From Lytechinus pictus (lineage: Eukaryota): 64,000 bases of DNA. The notes beneath the pieces were generated by a model, which saw nothing but the letters and a program-made list of their open reading frames with translations, made no database searches and was not told where the DNA came from. The translations under genes were made by a program, and so were the position numbers. The stretch lies in contig NC_087263.1 of the NCBI RefSeq assembly GCF_037042905.1, forward strand, positions 12,402,001 through 12,466,000. The letters run 5' to 3'. Of this stretch, positions 50,483 through 64,000 are shown piece by piece; within the stretch, counting starts at the first letter, position 1; each line of letters opens with the position of its first letter.

Positions 50483-52509
50483 TTGATTTTTGTTTCTTCT
50501 TGTTTTTGACGACAGTCGGGTTCCTTAATGATTACTTCCTTGGAAATCCTAGGTTTAGGAAAAATAATTATGCCGGGGTAAGGAGACAGATGCAAAAATT
50601 TTAAGTGTTTAAGTAACCTTTGGTCGACGTAATTATGGAACGCCTCGACTTGTGTCAATAATAGCATATTGGCGCAACAGGAACCGACCGTCCAAATGAT
50701 TTTTGAAGGAGTAAGAAAAAAATAGAAGACAACATAATATGAAGAAGAGGAAAACGGAACACAGCAGAAATCAGTGTTTATAAAAAAGAAGATGTCTGGC
50801 TCGCGCCTCTGTATATTATTCATGTCATGTTGAGAACAAAAAGAAGTCACGTCATTTTGAAGTCGTTTTTTTTCCTAGCAATCAAGCCCCGCCACTGCCC
50901 CTCTTGGCCCTAAAAAGAGAAGAAAATTGCCTCGTAATGTCAGATAATTATCATGATAAGAACGAAAGAGGGTTACTAAAAAAATATTCCAGAGGGGGGG
51001 GGGGGTAAAGATAACAAAAATGATTGTAGAAGCTAAGTCCCCATGTCTGTGGCTGTAATTTTTATCCTCTCTATTTTTCATTCCCTTGTATTTTTCACTC
51101 CTGGTTTAGTGCTCCCCTATCGACTCATCTCTCGTCCCACCCCCCCCCCCCCCTTCCCGAAGCTCCAAATCTACTCCCCCTCTCTCTCCTCTGTTAGTCT
51201 GTATGCAGGCTAATATACACTGACCGAAACTTTGATCAACAAGTGGGTCTTCACACAAGGCTAGCAGTAGTCCAACTTGCTGAAATGAGACGGACCTTCT
51301 GTCAAACGACTTATAGGCTGCATATTCAGACTAATACCCTTTCTTGAATGGTTTGAAGAGCAAACTACCACCCCCCTCCTTCTCTCCATTCACCCACCTC
51401 CTCCTCGCTCTTGTTGGTAAGATGGTAGACTCATTCGTATAGAGGTGTTGGATGCGCCGATGATGATGAGAAATCCAGAGATCATGCTCCACCCTCCAAA
51501 CCAACTTCATCTTTTAGTCTGCAAAAAACAGACTCAAGTTTGACACTTTAGCAAGACTTAGTAATACAATGTCTCGAGTGGAGACTAGACTCCAAACCCG
51601 AGTTGTATCAAATCGGTTCCATGACATTTGCTCCGGCTACAAATGCTTCGATGGAAAATCCGCACGTTAAGCGATACCTTGACCTAAAAAACTAAATAAA
51701 CCCCAAACCTCATCTTTACATTATTCTGAACCAGGAACTCTATTGCGACCATCACTCTATAAATTCCATGCCCTCTGAGATAGTAAGACCTGAGCAATGT
51801 CACAGCCATAGTACATCAGTGAATCTAGTCTTCTACTAACGACTCTGCACTGTGCCCTATTCGAAAGCCTGCAGACCAGCCCAATGTCGTCAGTGAAGGT
51901 CACACCCTCTAGCCATTGCAATTCACAGCTGTTTTGTCTGACTTTACTCTAGAGTTAAGCGAGATTATACTGTGAAATTCTTCATTTTCATCTAAATCAA
52001 ATCAAATCAAATCAAATCAAATCAAATCAAATCTCAATACTGTTCAAATCAACTTGCCGCGCTGAGAAAAAAAATTCACGGATGTCGCATTAGTTGCTAT
52101 GAAAATAATGAATTTCTTCATTTCCTTGTTAAAAATCCCTCTTAACCATGGGAACGGTTCAATAAACATATCACAACTCATCTTGAGAAGAAAGAAATCC
52201 CAACGTTTCATTTTGTTGCCCTAATGACTCTGTAGTTCCACAAGTCAATGTGTTTTGTTTTCAGTTCAAGAACAAAATCATTGGAAATTAATTTCACAAG
52301 TGTTAATCCTGATATCGGGAATGGAGTATACCTGTGTTAAAGATGGGTGGTAACATCATTCATGTGACCTTTGACCTCCGACCCCTGACCTTTACCAAGC
52401 TCAGGACTCAAGAGTGGTAACATGTTTATGTCGCAAAGGTGGAGAGTGTTATTGGAAATGTTTTTTTTTATCACGATTTGGTGCCTATTTCATACTTCCC
52501 TTACCGGAA

Positions 52510-52542
<33 letters not shown>

Positions 52543-55500
52543 GAAGAATAATATAGGTATATTTACCCAAGGAAGCCACTTCAGTTCTGAAAACTGTTCT
52601 CCCAGCTATTTTATTTTTTTCTTTTATGAGAACAGTTTGCGATTTCATTGAATTTTCGAATAATTTTTGTTTTATTTTAAAATTTTCGACCCCTTTTGAA
52701 AGCATAAATAATGTTAGGGTAGGCCTATAGTCAAACTGTCGCCCATTATTTAAAATGGTAGTCCATAGATTATGATGGAGACAACACATCGGATATTAAG
52801 GAGTTTAAATAAAACAGCAAATACCAACACCAATGGGTGCCGGTGCACTGCAAATACGCCGGTGTTAATTTAACACCAGCCTGGTATCGGTCCACACCAG
52901 AGAGGTGTTGACACAACACCGGTTTGGCGTTAGGCTAACACCAATTTGGCATTTAAGCAACACCAATTAGTGTTGAACCAATATTGGTTTTATTCTTAAC
53001 TGGTGTTGTTTCAACACTTCTCTGGTGTGGATCGATATAGATACCAGGCTGGTGTTGAATTAAAACCGGCATTTTGCAGTGTGTGGAACCAACACTAGAG
53101 ATTTAACACCGGTGTAAAGTACCTCGTGTGGTCGTCTATAAAGAACCGTTGGTTTTAATTTAACACTATTTTTTGCAGTGTAATAGCAAAAAGGAAAATT
53201 ATGTTTGCCAATAATCAGGGAAAGAGAAGCAGCAATCGCTTGGTGATTGGACAGATAATTCTTATTCCAGTACGATTTGGGGCACACAAATCACCATCCT
53301 TTTTTAAACATAGAATTTAATGATTTCGTTTTGTGGAGCTTCGTGTTTTGTTGATGATAATTTGTTTTGGTCTGATGGATGGGAAGATTTATCTAAAGAC
53401 AAATCGAAATACTCCCGGTTTATTGCTCCCACTAATCCTCATTTTAATTGGATCTCCTCATTTCTTTCCGCGGATAAAGATATAATGATTTCCCGTTTCT
53501 TAGCTTTCATTATAAGCATCGCAATCATGTTGTTTTCCACATTCTCTGTTGAGCTTAAAGGGCTTACGAACCAGCTGCCTCTGATGATAGCGCCACCTCG
53601 ATTCCTCAACTATACTCATACCTGCCAGGTTCGCTACCAATAATGCAACATTTTGATCAACATAGTATTGTAATATAGGCCCGTTCGAATAATAATAATA
53701 CACTAATTCAATACTCGATACAATCATACTGCAATAATCATTATCAAAAGCAAAACAAGTAAATTCTTCTTAAAAAGCTTTCTAGTTTCTCTATACATAT
53801 AGAATTAGAGGCTGATTTATTCTCTGAATTATTGATCGTTATTTTGAAAAAGGTATATTTTAAGACTAGTAACATATATCACGCAATCAATTAGAGACAA
53901 CACACATTTCAGTTCACTCCCCCTTTAAATATTCTTAGCGCTCCAATTTGTGTCATTGAGTTGGTTTGCATGATTTACGTGATCGCGCGTAAATAATGAG
54001 TATCAAAACAAATTTTGTCTCCCATTTAATATTTTTTAATGATTATTTTGATATGATATGACCTAGTTCTCAAATTGCATATTCTTGTGGTTCTTCGTCG
54101 TTTTGTGTTTCCTCACATTTGCTTTAATGAGACTTCTACTCTAACCAAAAGTATGAAGTTAGACATTTCTTTCCTTCAACATAGCTATGTTAATACGATT
54201 TGCCTCCACTATTCTCACGGGTGTTTCTTATATGCTATATACATACACTGGAATTTAACACCAGCCGGTATCTATATCAGTCCACACCAGAGAAGTGTTG
54301 AAATAAATCTAGTTAAGAATCAATCCGATATTAGTTTAACATGAATTGGTGTTGCGTAAATGTCAAATTGGTGTTAGCCTAAAGCCAAACCGGTGTTGCT
54401 TCAACACTTCTCTGGTGTGGACCGATATAGATACCAGGCTGGAGTTAGATTAACACTGGCGTTTTTGCAGTGTAACATTATTTATTGTAATTCATAGATC
54501 ATGCTTTAATCGGGCAATGAAATCGAAGTCCAAAACAATTAATTCATGCGGGAACGGAAAACACGATTTGTTACAGTATTAGTTATGCAAAGATTTTGTT
54601 TTTTCTTTCGTGAAGTTTCCTTTTTAAACATACATTTTGATCATTTCTTTTGAAGATTTCGCTCCCCAAAACCTCCATTCGAATTCCATCATTTCTCTTT
54701 AAAAAAAAAAGAGGAACCGCCCTCTTTGCAGTGCTTCCTTCTTGTCTCTTTTTAATGGAACCTATTCTCAAGTTTATATTACCCTTGAAAATATATTTCA
54801 AACTCTTAGTCATTAAATCACGTCCATAATTCAATGATGGCAATCTTATAGCACGTGATTCATTGTCTTCAGATATGGAGCACCTTCGCCCTTTGCAAAC
54901 CAGTTATAGAATTATATTTTTAGGAATGAAATTGGAAACTTTCAGGTCAATTTTCCTCGGCGTTCAGGGTTGGTTCTTTATTTCTAATTTACCCATTATC
55001 GAATTCGAAGGCTTGAAAGCAGAGACGAATGACATTGAAAGAAATTGATTCCTTGCAAAGAGGGCCACAGGGATTTTGGCGATATCGCGATGAGAGGGGA
55101 AGAACATGGCTTGTACTATTTTACACCTCGGATATGGGCCGCGGAACCAGGGAGGGGGGGGGGTGCTTCAACCCCACCTTTTTCAATAAACATGTACTAC
55201 AAAACGTGAAAAGTACCGTTTAATTTTTTTTTTCATCGTCGGCCCCACCCACATTGTGCTGCCCCCCCCTCCACTTTCAAAACCGTTCCGCAGCCTCTGT
55301 TAGGTAGATAATGGAAGTCGCGTGAAATCAGAAGGGGGTGGGGTGGCTTGGTTCTGGGTTTTATATTTAAGGAAAAAATGCATGTTTGATTGAAGGGAGG
55401 GTGATGCAAATAATTATCTTGGGAAGATTTCTAGTGTCATATACATTTAGTATCTCTTTCACAGCAGCAATTATCACGATTATGATATACGGTTGAGGAG

Positions 55501-56079
55501 ACAATAAACTATTATGTGTTAACAGTAATACAAACAAAACGTAAGAGGGTGACGCAAGGGAGAGGGGGTGGGGCGGTGAAAAGAAGTCCGTTAAGGCGAT
55601 TATGAGGTTCCGTTTCCATGACAATGATATGGAAGATGGGTTTGATGTAGTATGTTTACAGGAAAATGACATAAGTGATAATGGATAGACCGGTATATGA
55701 AGAGAACAATACAGAAGATAGAAGACAAAGATAAAAGTGTCGCAGTATACTTATAGATGATACATGGGCGATGCGAAATTTGAAAGAAAGGGAAATGCAC
55801 TTGCGTAATATTATATTCTTTAAGGGTAATATAACCCTCTCTGACATTAAGTTGATTTAAATAAAATAAAGAAAGTGAAGAAGAAAAAGATGTCGATTAA
55901 TGTTTGTTGAACATTTACCCAAATTTTAAAAGTCACAGAGTTATGAATCTATATGAGATAATAAACATTTTCATCATGGCCATCAGAGAGAGTGAACAAA
56001 TAATGCTGTTTGCGGGCAGCTATAGGTTTATACATGCATATTACATGTTTTCAACCGTAAATGAATAAAGTTAAAAAAA

Positions 56080-56545
56080 AAAAACTAACAAACTTTTTAA
56101 GTATTATTTTTTTGTTTACGTCACGTGCGAGCAATGCATTACACACTAGCGTTCTACCCGGAATATTCCCGATTTGTTTTTCTTCATATATCGTCTGTAG
56201 TGAGGGCATCGAAAGAGTAATAACTATATAAAAAAAAAAAAAAACTAAGAAACTTTTTAAGTATTGATTTTTTTTACGTCACGCGCGAGCAATGCATTAA
56301 ACACTAGCGTTCTACCCGGAACATTCCCAATTTCTTCTTCATACATCGTTTGTAGTGAGGGCATCGAAAGAGTAATAACTATATAAGAATAAAAAAACTA
56401 AGACACTTTTCAAGTATTGATTTTTTTACGTAACGCGCGAGCAATGCATTACACACTAGCGTTCTACCCGGAATATTCCCGATTTGTTTTTCTTCATAAA
56501 TCGTCTGTAGTGAGGTTATCAAAAGAGTAATAACTATATAAAAAA
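56080..56545 (+). repeat. Three tandem ~155-160-bp units ending in A-tracts
   Basis: GCGAGCAATGCATTA.ACACTAGCGTTCTACCCGGAA..TGTAGTGAGG..AAAGAGTAATAACTATATAA(A)n occurs three times. Confidence 0.95.
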
Positions 56546-57867
56546 CATAAAATAATAGTATAAGAAAACGAAAAATAAACAAAGTAAAATACAAAAATTA
56601 AATGTAATAAATTGTTCTAAAATAGAGAGTATTTGAAAGCTGGCAATGACATTCCAGCAACAACAGAGCCCCTTTAACAGTCTAGGTCTGATATAGAAAA
56701 AAAAAATTAAAATGGCGGCATGTGATGAAAATGGCGGCTACAGCCATGATAGTCCTTGAACGCCCATTGATGTAGCACTTCATGTTACGAAGCTGACACC
56801 CTCTCTGTCATGTTCTATTTGATGTCATGCCGCTCATTAAAATGCTATCATGTGTATTCATATAACATTTGTCAGACAACCTGCTAACAAATTAAGTGCG
56901 AGGTTCGAGAAAGGATAGAAAGAAACATGAAAGGGTTTAAAGGTCACTTTGGAAACCTTAACCTCGGCATTTAAAAAGAATATGATTACTTTTTCAACTG
57001 ACAATATTAAATGTGTGATGTAAGACACCCTATTTTTCAAATGCGTTTGGTTTCCTATCTCCTCTATGGAGAAGTTGAAGAGAATCTCTCGTTTGAGATT
57101 TTTTTATTTTGTAATTGATCTTTATTAATGCCGACCCAAAGATTGTGGGTCGAGTCGGGGGGGGGGGGGGAGGGGGCTGACCGAAACCGACGTGATGAAC
57201 TTACTGTTTAATGAACCCAGGATTTGTTTCAGTGGAAAATATGATATCCCCTCGAATAGGATGTTCAAATGCATGTATGACACTCCTAAATGGTGCATTT
57301 TGAAAGGTGGTTCTTAACGGACCACGGTTGTTGAAAATTATTTGAATGCAACAGAGATCTCTATCCTTCCCCATCGCACTTACTTATGGGCACCCCTTCT
57401 CTATATCCTCTTAAACGATATCGATGTATATTTACGTTTCGATGTTTATAACTGTAGGTTGAGAAAAATCACTTGAACACATACAGTGAAGGAGGTTTGA
57501 GTTTTGGTGATAACGAACGTGCCATAAACAAAATTACAGTACGGCTAATGGAAGATAATGGTCTCTAACTGTCTTGTAGGATGGTATAAACATGTTATCG
57601 CCCGGTGTTTGCTAAATGGTATAACTCTATCGGGATGATTGAGGCAGGGTTATGCCCTTTAAAGGTCAACTTTTCCAAATGAAAACATGTTAGAAAATCG
57701 AACAAAAGTAATGATATTGTTATTACCACAACAACAACTACTACTGATTCTGCTACTACTAACTTGTACTGCTCCTCTTCCTACTATTGTTCTTAATACT
57801 ACTAAAATTGATATCCGGGATTCAACCCTTACCTGACCTCACTAGACACGAAACGAGATTGCACCAG

Positions 57868-58600
57868 TCAATCAATCAATCAATTAAATAACGAATCAGT
57901 CTATCAGTCTATCAACCAATCAATCAATCAATCAATCCATCCATCAATCAATCAATCAATCAATCAATCCATCAGTCAGTCAATCAATCAATCAATCAAC
58001 TAACAAATCAATTAATCAATCAATCGATCAGTCAATCAATCAATTAATCAATCAATTATTCAACCAACCGATCCATAAATCAATCAATCAGCCAATCTGT
58101 TTGATGTAATTAATCACGGGAAAGGGGGTCTGAAACTACGAATTTGATTAAAATCAATTCTGCTTTCTACCTTAGATATTAACCTATTGAGAAGAGGATG
58201 TATGTTTGGAGACGATCCACTGTGTCGTCCGAAATTAAACTAGTTTTAGGATTTTTTAATGTTGGTATTGAGGACAGTAATGATTTTGATGATGGTAATG
58301 ATGATGATAGTGAAGAAGATGATGATGATGAAGATGACGATGAGGTTAATGATGATGATGTTTGGTGATTATAATGATTGGGATGAACATAATGGTAACG
58401 ATGATGTTGGTGGTGATGATGAAGATGATGATGATGACGACGATGATGATTGTGATTGTTATGATGATGATGTTTGTGATAGTTCTGATGATGATACCGG
58501 TAAAACAATAGGAATGATAATCATGAGAGAGTCATAATATAATGATAATAATAATAACAGAATATAATAATAATGACAATAATAATTATGATAACAATGA
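57868..58600. repeat. (TCAA)n (57868-58095) and (GAT)n/(AAT)n (58255-58600) microsatellites
   Basis: Direct inspection. Confidence 0.9.
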
Positions 58601-59252
58601 CAATATCAAACGTAGTGGGAAAGTTGTCTCACATCGTAAGACAACTGGCTATTTCTTCTACTCAACCCTTCATCACGATGAACCTCTTCCACATCAATGA
58701 CAATATCATAATGATAAAGATAACGACGATTGTGAAGACGATGAATATGTTGGTAATAATAATTGTAATAATAATAGTGATTGAAATTATTATAACCATT
58801 TGCTTTATATCAATAAGAAGGAAAAGGGAATATGAGAAGTACGAGGATGCTTGGAATCAGCACGGCATATATTATGTACAGTATGTAGACGAAGAACAAG
58901 AAAGAGTGGATGAAGACGGAATAAAACACGAAGAGTTAGGAATCAAGATAATAAGAGCAAAACAAAGAGGAGAATGACAGAGATGCAGAGAGGAAGGGGG
59001 AGAGAAAGACAGAGAGAGATAAAGAGAGATGGGGTTTCGAAGAAGTGGACAGACCCGATATCCAGGGTCCAGCTTGTAGGCTACATGGTCAGTAAGGTTG
59101 AAGTGCTTTGTAAATATCACCCAGCCTACATTGAACCTCTTTACGAGCACTGACCCCTTGAATTTGCCCTCCATTTTATTCACCATCTCCCATGATATAC
59201 ATACAGGTGGCACGGGTGTTACAAACATTTCCCGATTTACGCGTATGTTGAA

Positions 59253-59634
59253 ATGGTAAATTGCCAATTCGTCCACTGCCAACTCGTTCACTCACCACAC
59301 GGTCTACCTTCATTTAGTCTGATGCCATTCCGTCCATCAAAATTTCGTCTAATATTAATAACCATTTGGTCCAGTCATCACTTCATCTTATCATTCGTTC
59401 GTCTATTACCATTTCGTTTAAATACCCATTTTCTTTTCATTCATTTTGTACAATTAACACTTTAATGTAACTAGACCAAGTGGTATATGGACTAAATGAC
59501 TATCGGACCAACTGGATATTAGACGGAATGGCGTTAGAATAAATGAAAGTAGGCCATATGGAGAGTGGACGAACTGATGGTAGACCAAATGAAAGTAGAC
59601 GAGTTGGCAATTGGACGAATTGGCATTAAACCGT
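59253..59634. mobile_element. Palindromic MITE with internal AGACCAAATG-type repeats and 4-bp TSD
   Basis: Ends ATGGTAAATTGCCAATTCGTCCA / TGGACGAATTGGCATTAAACCGT, with TGAA on both flanks. Confidence 0.8.
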
Positions 59635-59706
59635 TGAAATTGCACTTTAAAAAAATCCCTATATAGAAGATAACGATGAAATTATATGGCCTAGAAATTA
59701 CACAGT

Positions 59707-60231
59707 TGTAAAATAAGAAAGTTATGACATTTTAAAGTTTTGCTTAATTTCACAAAACAGTTATATGCAGATCCTGGCCGGTATGCAAATGAACAGACTG
59801 ATGACGTCACACGCTCGTTATTTCTTTCGTATTTTATTATATGAAATATTAAAAATTATGATTTTCTCCTCATTGTCATGTGAAACCAAATTGTATCCCT
59901 CCCTGAACGTGTGGAATTACCATTATTTAAAAAAATTATCGTTAAGTCAAGTTGGTCCTTATTGTCATATCTGTAGAAATTGAAATATATTGAAATATTA
60001 TATATTTCAAACAATAAAAAAAAAAGAAATAGTGAATGAGGGACATCATCCACTCTCTCATTTGCATATCACTGAGTTGTGCATATACATATCTTGTGAA
60101 ATAAGCGAACCTTTAAAATGCCATATAGCTTTCTTATTTTACATCCGATTTTGATGAAATTTTCAGCGTCATGCTTGTTTGATTTTTCTCTATCGATTCA
60201 AATAAAAAAAATTCTGGAGTGGACTTGACCT
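59707..60231 (-). mobile_element. Kolobok-type element (copy 3, reversed, one end truncated)
   Basis: Ends GTGGACTTGACCT|TTAA; the body matches the reverse complement of 2388-2979. Confidence 0.8.
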
Positions 60232-62340
60232 TTAATCATTTCAAACAAATGTATATAAATTTAAGTTTAACTTTTAATACGTGTGTCTCAATGAACCAAG
60301 CATGGTTGACGAAACTGTTAAACAACAGCCTTATGGTTCATAAGTTATATTTCACTCTAAAAAAATATTGGGTAAAAATGCTCCATGAGAGTAAGTATGT
60401 GTCCAACCAACATTGGACATTTCTTTTGGGCATTTTATTTATCCCGTGTGATGAAAATTGTGCCCATTCTAAAGTAATTGCTGCTTATTTTTTTAACCTT
60501 ACTGGACAATATGCTTCCGGCATTGGGTAAAACACTGCCCGAGTTGGTTGGACACATAATCATCCTCGTGCTGGTTAAACTTTTACCCAATATTTTGTTT
60601 ACAGTGTAAACAGCATTGTATAAAATATCAAACATCGTTTTTACTGTGTAGAATGACTAATATTGCCTACCAGTGGACAGGAAATATACATCTGACATTT
60701 CACATCTCACCGGAAGCGGCTAATATCGAAAATAAATCGACATTTAGGAAATCTTCTCGCGACGAGATCTCATTCATCATCTGAAAATGTATAATTCTTC
60801 CGACAGTCAAGTAGTTCCAAAAGTTAAGTGATATTTCTTCCCCATTTGGACAAAGGAAGTTCAGTGATTGGCCTTCCTAGAATCAGTGTTAGATTGCGAA
60901 TCCTAATGCATAATTTTTTGTCAAACAGCTATATCAAATTAACAATCCTGAGTCGCATGAATATCTTTTGTTGTAAAGTTTTGTTGTACCTTCTTGTTGT
61001 AAATCTGCCGTAGAACATTTTCTTGTTATTAATTAAAAGTTATTGTGTTTAACTCCAATTTTACATCCGATTTCGAGGATTTTTCTTTTAGCGGAACCCG
61101 CGCTTGATATCTTTTCTTATTATTCAAGTCAATTCATTGTTGGGTGGACTTCCTCATCATTATGTAAGTTAAAAAAATGCTTATATAATTCATAGTAGTG
61201 CATTTTCTCTTGTCGAGTGTGTGAGGACATTGATTATAATATTCTTTCGGAGATGTTTTTGTTCCTGATATGAACAATAATAACACATAGCCATGTATTT
61301 GTCTTCACCCACAAACGTGGACCCTAATCTGACACAGTACATTCGAACCGTAGACACCTCGAACCGCGGACTGTCCACGGTAAGATAATTTTTACAAACT
61401 AATGCGAATAGCCTGTGCATGCGTGTGGCTGAAGCGAAAAAAAAGTTACAACTCACATTTCACACACTGGAGGAGGTGTTTGCATTTAATAGCAAGTGGA
61501 ATTTTACTTACACCTAGGTCCACGTTTGGCGTTAGAATTTCAGATGAATTTTCAAATACACGGAAAACAGTGTTTACAAGTTTTGTGCATGAACATGGAA
61601 ATACATTATTGTTAGGGAACTATTAGCTAATGGATTTGTATTGGAATCTTACGTGGAGATAGAGACAAACATGCGTCCCTTTATTCCCACGATTGTAATT
61701 ATACGAATATTATAATGTTGTACTGAGTGAAAAGATATACATAAAATGAAACTATTCTACTAATGAGCATGACGAGTGAATGCATTTTGCTAATGGTAAT
61801 TAGTATAATGTACAATGGTTTTATAATAGTGACATTGAAGTTATTTCTATAACGGGAGTGACATTAAAGTTGCTGTGCATCTTCCTATTAACATAAAGAC
61901 ACGCGAAATGACAGTATACACAATAGGTAATATTGTATTTTTTTAATTTCTTACCTAATGACGAATTCCCATCGTTAGAATCTATAAAAATGCACATATT
62001 TCAATCTCATTAGCTTTATTACCACTTACCCTAATTAGTCTCCGTCTAATGCATTGGATAAATACAGTACATGCAATTTACGAAAGCATCCATGCGTAGG
62101 CAATTAGTAATTAACAAATAATAGGAATGGCAAGGATCTCCATAGGTAAAATATTATTTTGCAAGCAGGATCATCTGGTTTATCCAAAGTTAACGGGGTT
62201 TGAACTTTTAGACTATCAGGGCTGAATGTGATTGTGCATTGACGAATTGTGCAAAATGATCCCGGGAAAATGATGCAAGTTAGATTTCATCTGTCGAGAC
62301 CCAATTGGGGACCCATGTGTCGATCGAGGTGTAATATCAT

Positions 62341-63495
62341 ACAAATGACTTACATTACAACATATTTATAGATAATGTTCCTCTTGAAAGAAAGCATCAA
62401 ACAAAGTTTTTGGGTGTCGTCATTGACGAAAATTTAACTTGGAACGAACATATACGCCATATAATAACCTCTATTTCTAGGAATGTTGGTATACTTTATA
62501 AATTAAAGAAATGTATTCCTTGCAAAACACTTGCGTTGCTTTATCATTCATTGATTTTACCGTACATAACGTATAGCTATCTAGTATGGGCCACAACGAA
62601 CAAAACAAAAATAAATTATATTCACTTATTGCAGAAGAAAGCGCTTCGCATTTGTACCGGTTCACAATATTTATCTCACTCCAAACCATTATTTTACCAA
62701 TTAAATACTCTGACAGTATGTGACATTAATACACTATAGAGTTTATTGTTCATATTCAAGTATTTAAATGGGATGCTACCATATTCATTTCAAAATTGTT
62801 ATACTTTGAATAAAACCATTCATGATTACCCCACCCGTAATTCTTCTAATTTACATTTATTCAATCCAAAACTACGTAATGCCCAGAGATCCGTAAGACA
62901 TCATGGCCCTGACCTTTGGAATCCTCTCCCAGACTCAATTAAATCATCTTGCTCCCTACACTCATTCAAAGCTAAAGTTAAGGTCATGTTACTATCGGAA
63001 TATGTAAAGTAAACTGTCTTGTGTCATAATCGTGTTCTATTATTCCTTTTCCATCATCATTATCATTATTTCCACCACCACCACCGTCACCACTATCACC
63101 ACCACCACCACCATCATCATCATCACCATCATCGTTATCATCATCATCATCTTTTTCATCATCTTCATTTATCATTAACATGTGTTTTTTTTCTTGATTA
63201 GATATTATAGCAAGTGTTGGCTTGTTAGATTTTTTCTTCTCTTTTTTATATTATACTTAATTGATATTTAATAATTCGTTATTATCCATTCTGCTCATAA
63301 TATGATTATATGGTAAATATACGTTTCGGTTTGTCATATTTTTCAAGCATTTTTTTGCTTACAATGGCAATCCATCTTCTGCCACTAATTTTATGCTAAA
63401 TGATATGTGCCTGATTTATTGTCAATATATATTTGTCATATCTATGTTATATTATATTGTTATGTAGAAGAAAAATAAAATAAGTCAAATAAAAA
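62341..63495 (+). mobile_element. 5'-truncated CR1/L2-group (Crack/Daphne-like) LINE: RT C-terminal region (62341-63012, in-frame TAG at 62737) plus 3' UTR
   Basis: Translation contains TKFLGVVIDENLTWNEHI, LLYHSLILPYITY, LQKKALRI, HSKPLFYQLNTL, HDYPTR and GPDLWNPLP..IK..SLHSFK. The A-rich end is at ~63470-63495. Confidence 0.9.
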
Positions 63496-63499
63496 CCAC

Positions 63500-63960
63500 T
63501 ACTACGATCTCCATCAACGCGATCATCACCGTCATCAAACTATATACGTATGCACCACCTCCATGATCTCTGTGAAATTCAACAACAGAGCACCGCTATA
63601 GGCGCTACCATCACCCTCATCATCGTCATTATCATCATCATCATCATCAACATCATTACCATCGTCATCATCAGCAGCAGCAGTAACATGATTATCATCA
63701 TCACCACCAACACCACCACCATCGCAACTATTATCACAATCATCAGCAGTAGTAACATCATCATCATCGTCATCATCACCACCATCACCATCACCATCAA
63801 TGACATCATTATAATCATCATTGGTCATCATTATCACCACCACCATCATAATAATAGTCATCCTCCTCCTCTTCCTCCTCCTTATCATTTTACCATTACC
63901 ATTATCATCACCGCCAACAACATCACTGTCATGTTCGTCGTCATTAACATCGCATCCATC
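63500..63960. repeat. Degenerate (CAT/CAC)n tract
   Basis: Direct inspection. Confidence 0.9.
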
Positions 63961-64000
63961 TTGATTGCATCTCCCACATGATTCCTCGTGAACACCCTTT

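Overview
This is AT-rich eukaryotic DNA. Its repeat repertoire (tRNA-SINEs, Kolobok/CACTA/Harbinger/hAT/piggyBac-type MITEs, long poly-G/C runs) suggests an invertebrate deuterostome, probably a sea urchin; this is inference only. It is mostly intronic or intergenic, no complete host gene is recognisable, and most listed ORFs are microsatellite or repeat artefacts. The only clear protein-coding relic is a 5'-truncated CR1/L2-group LINE RT tail (62.3-63.0 kb). Highlights: (1) a 186-bp SINE at 9865-10050 (-) whose head is a 7SL/SRP Alu-domain rather than a tRNA; (2) a 4171-bp near-perfect foldback element at 35431-39601 with TAT..ATA ends, a 6-bp TSD (GGCGTC) and mirrored 31-bp subterminal arrays; (3) an old, diverged ~1.2-kb palindrome at 26.0-27.2 kb; (4) candidate spliced exons (13464-12865 minus, 25561-25622 plus), a TATA promoter near 46.3 kb, several RFX X-boxes and a consensus CTCF site. 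All alignments were done by eye, and family names rest on termini/TSD rules and remembered consensus motifs.
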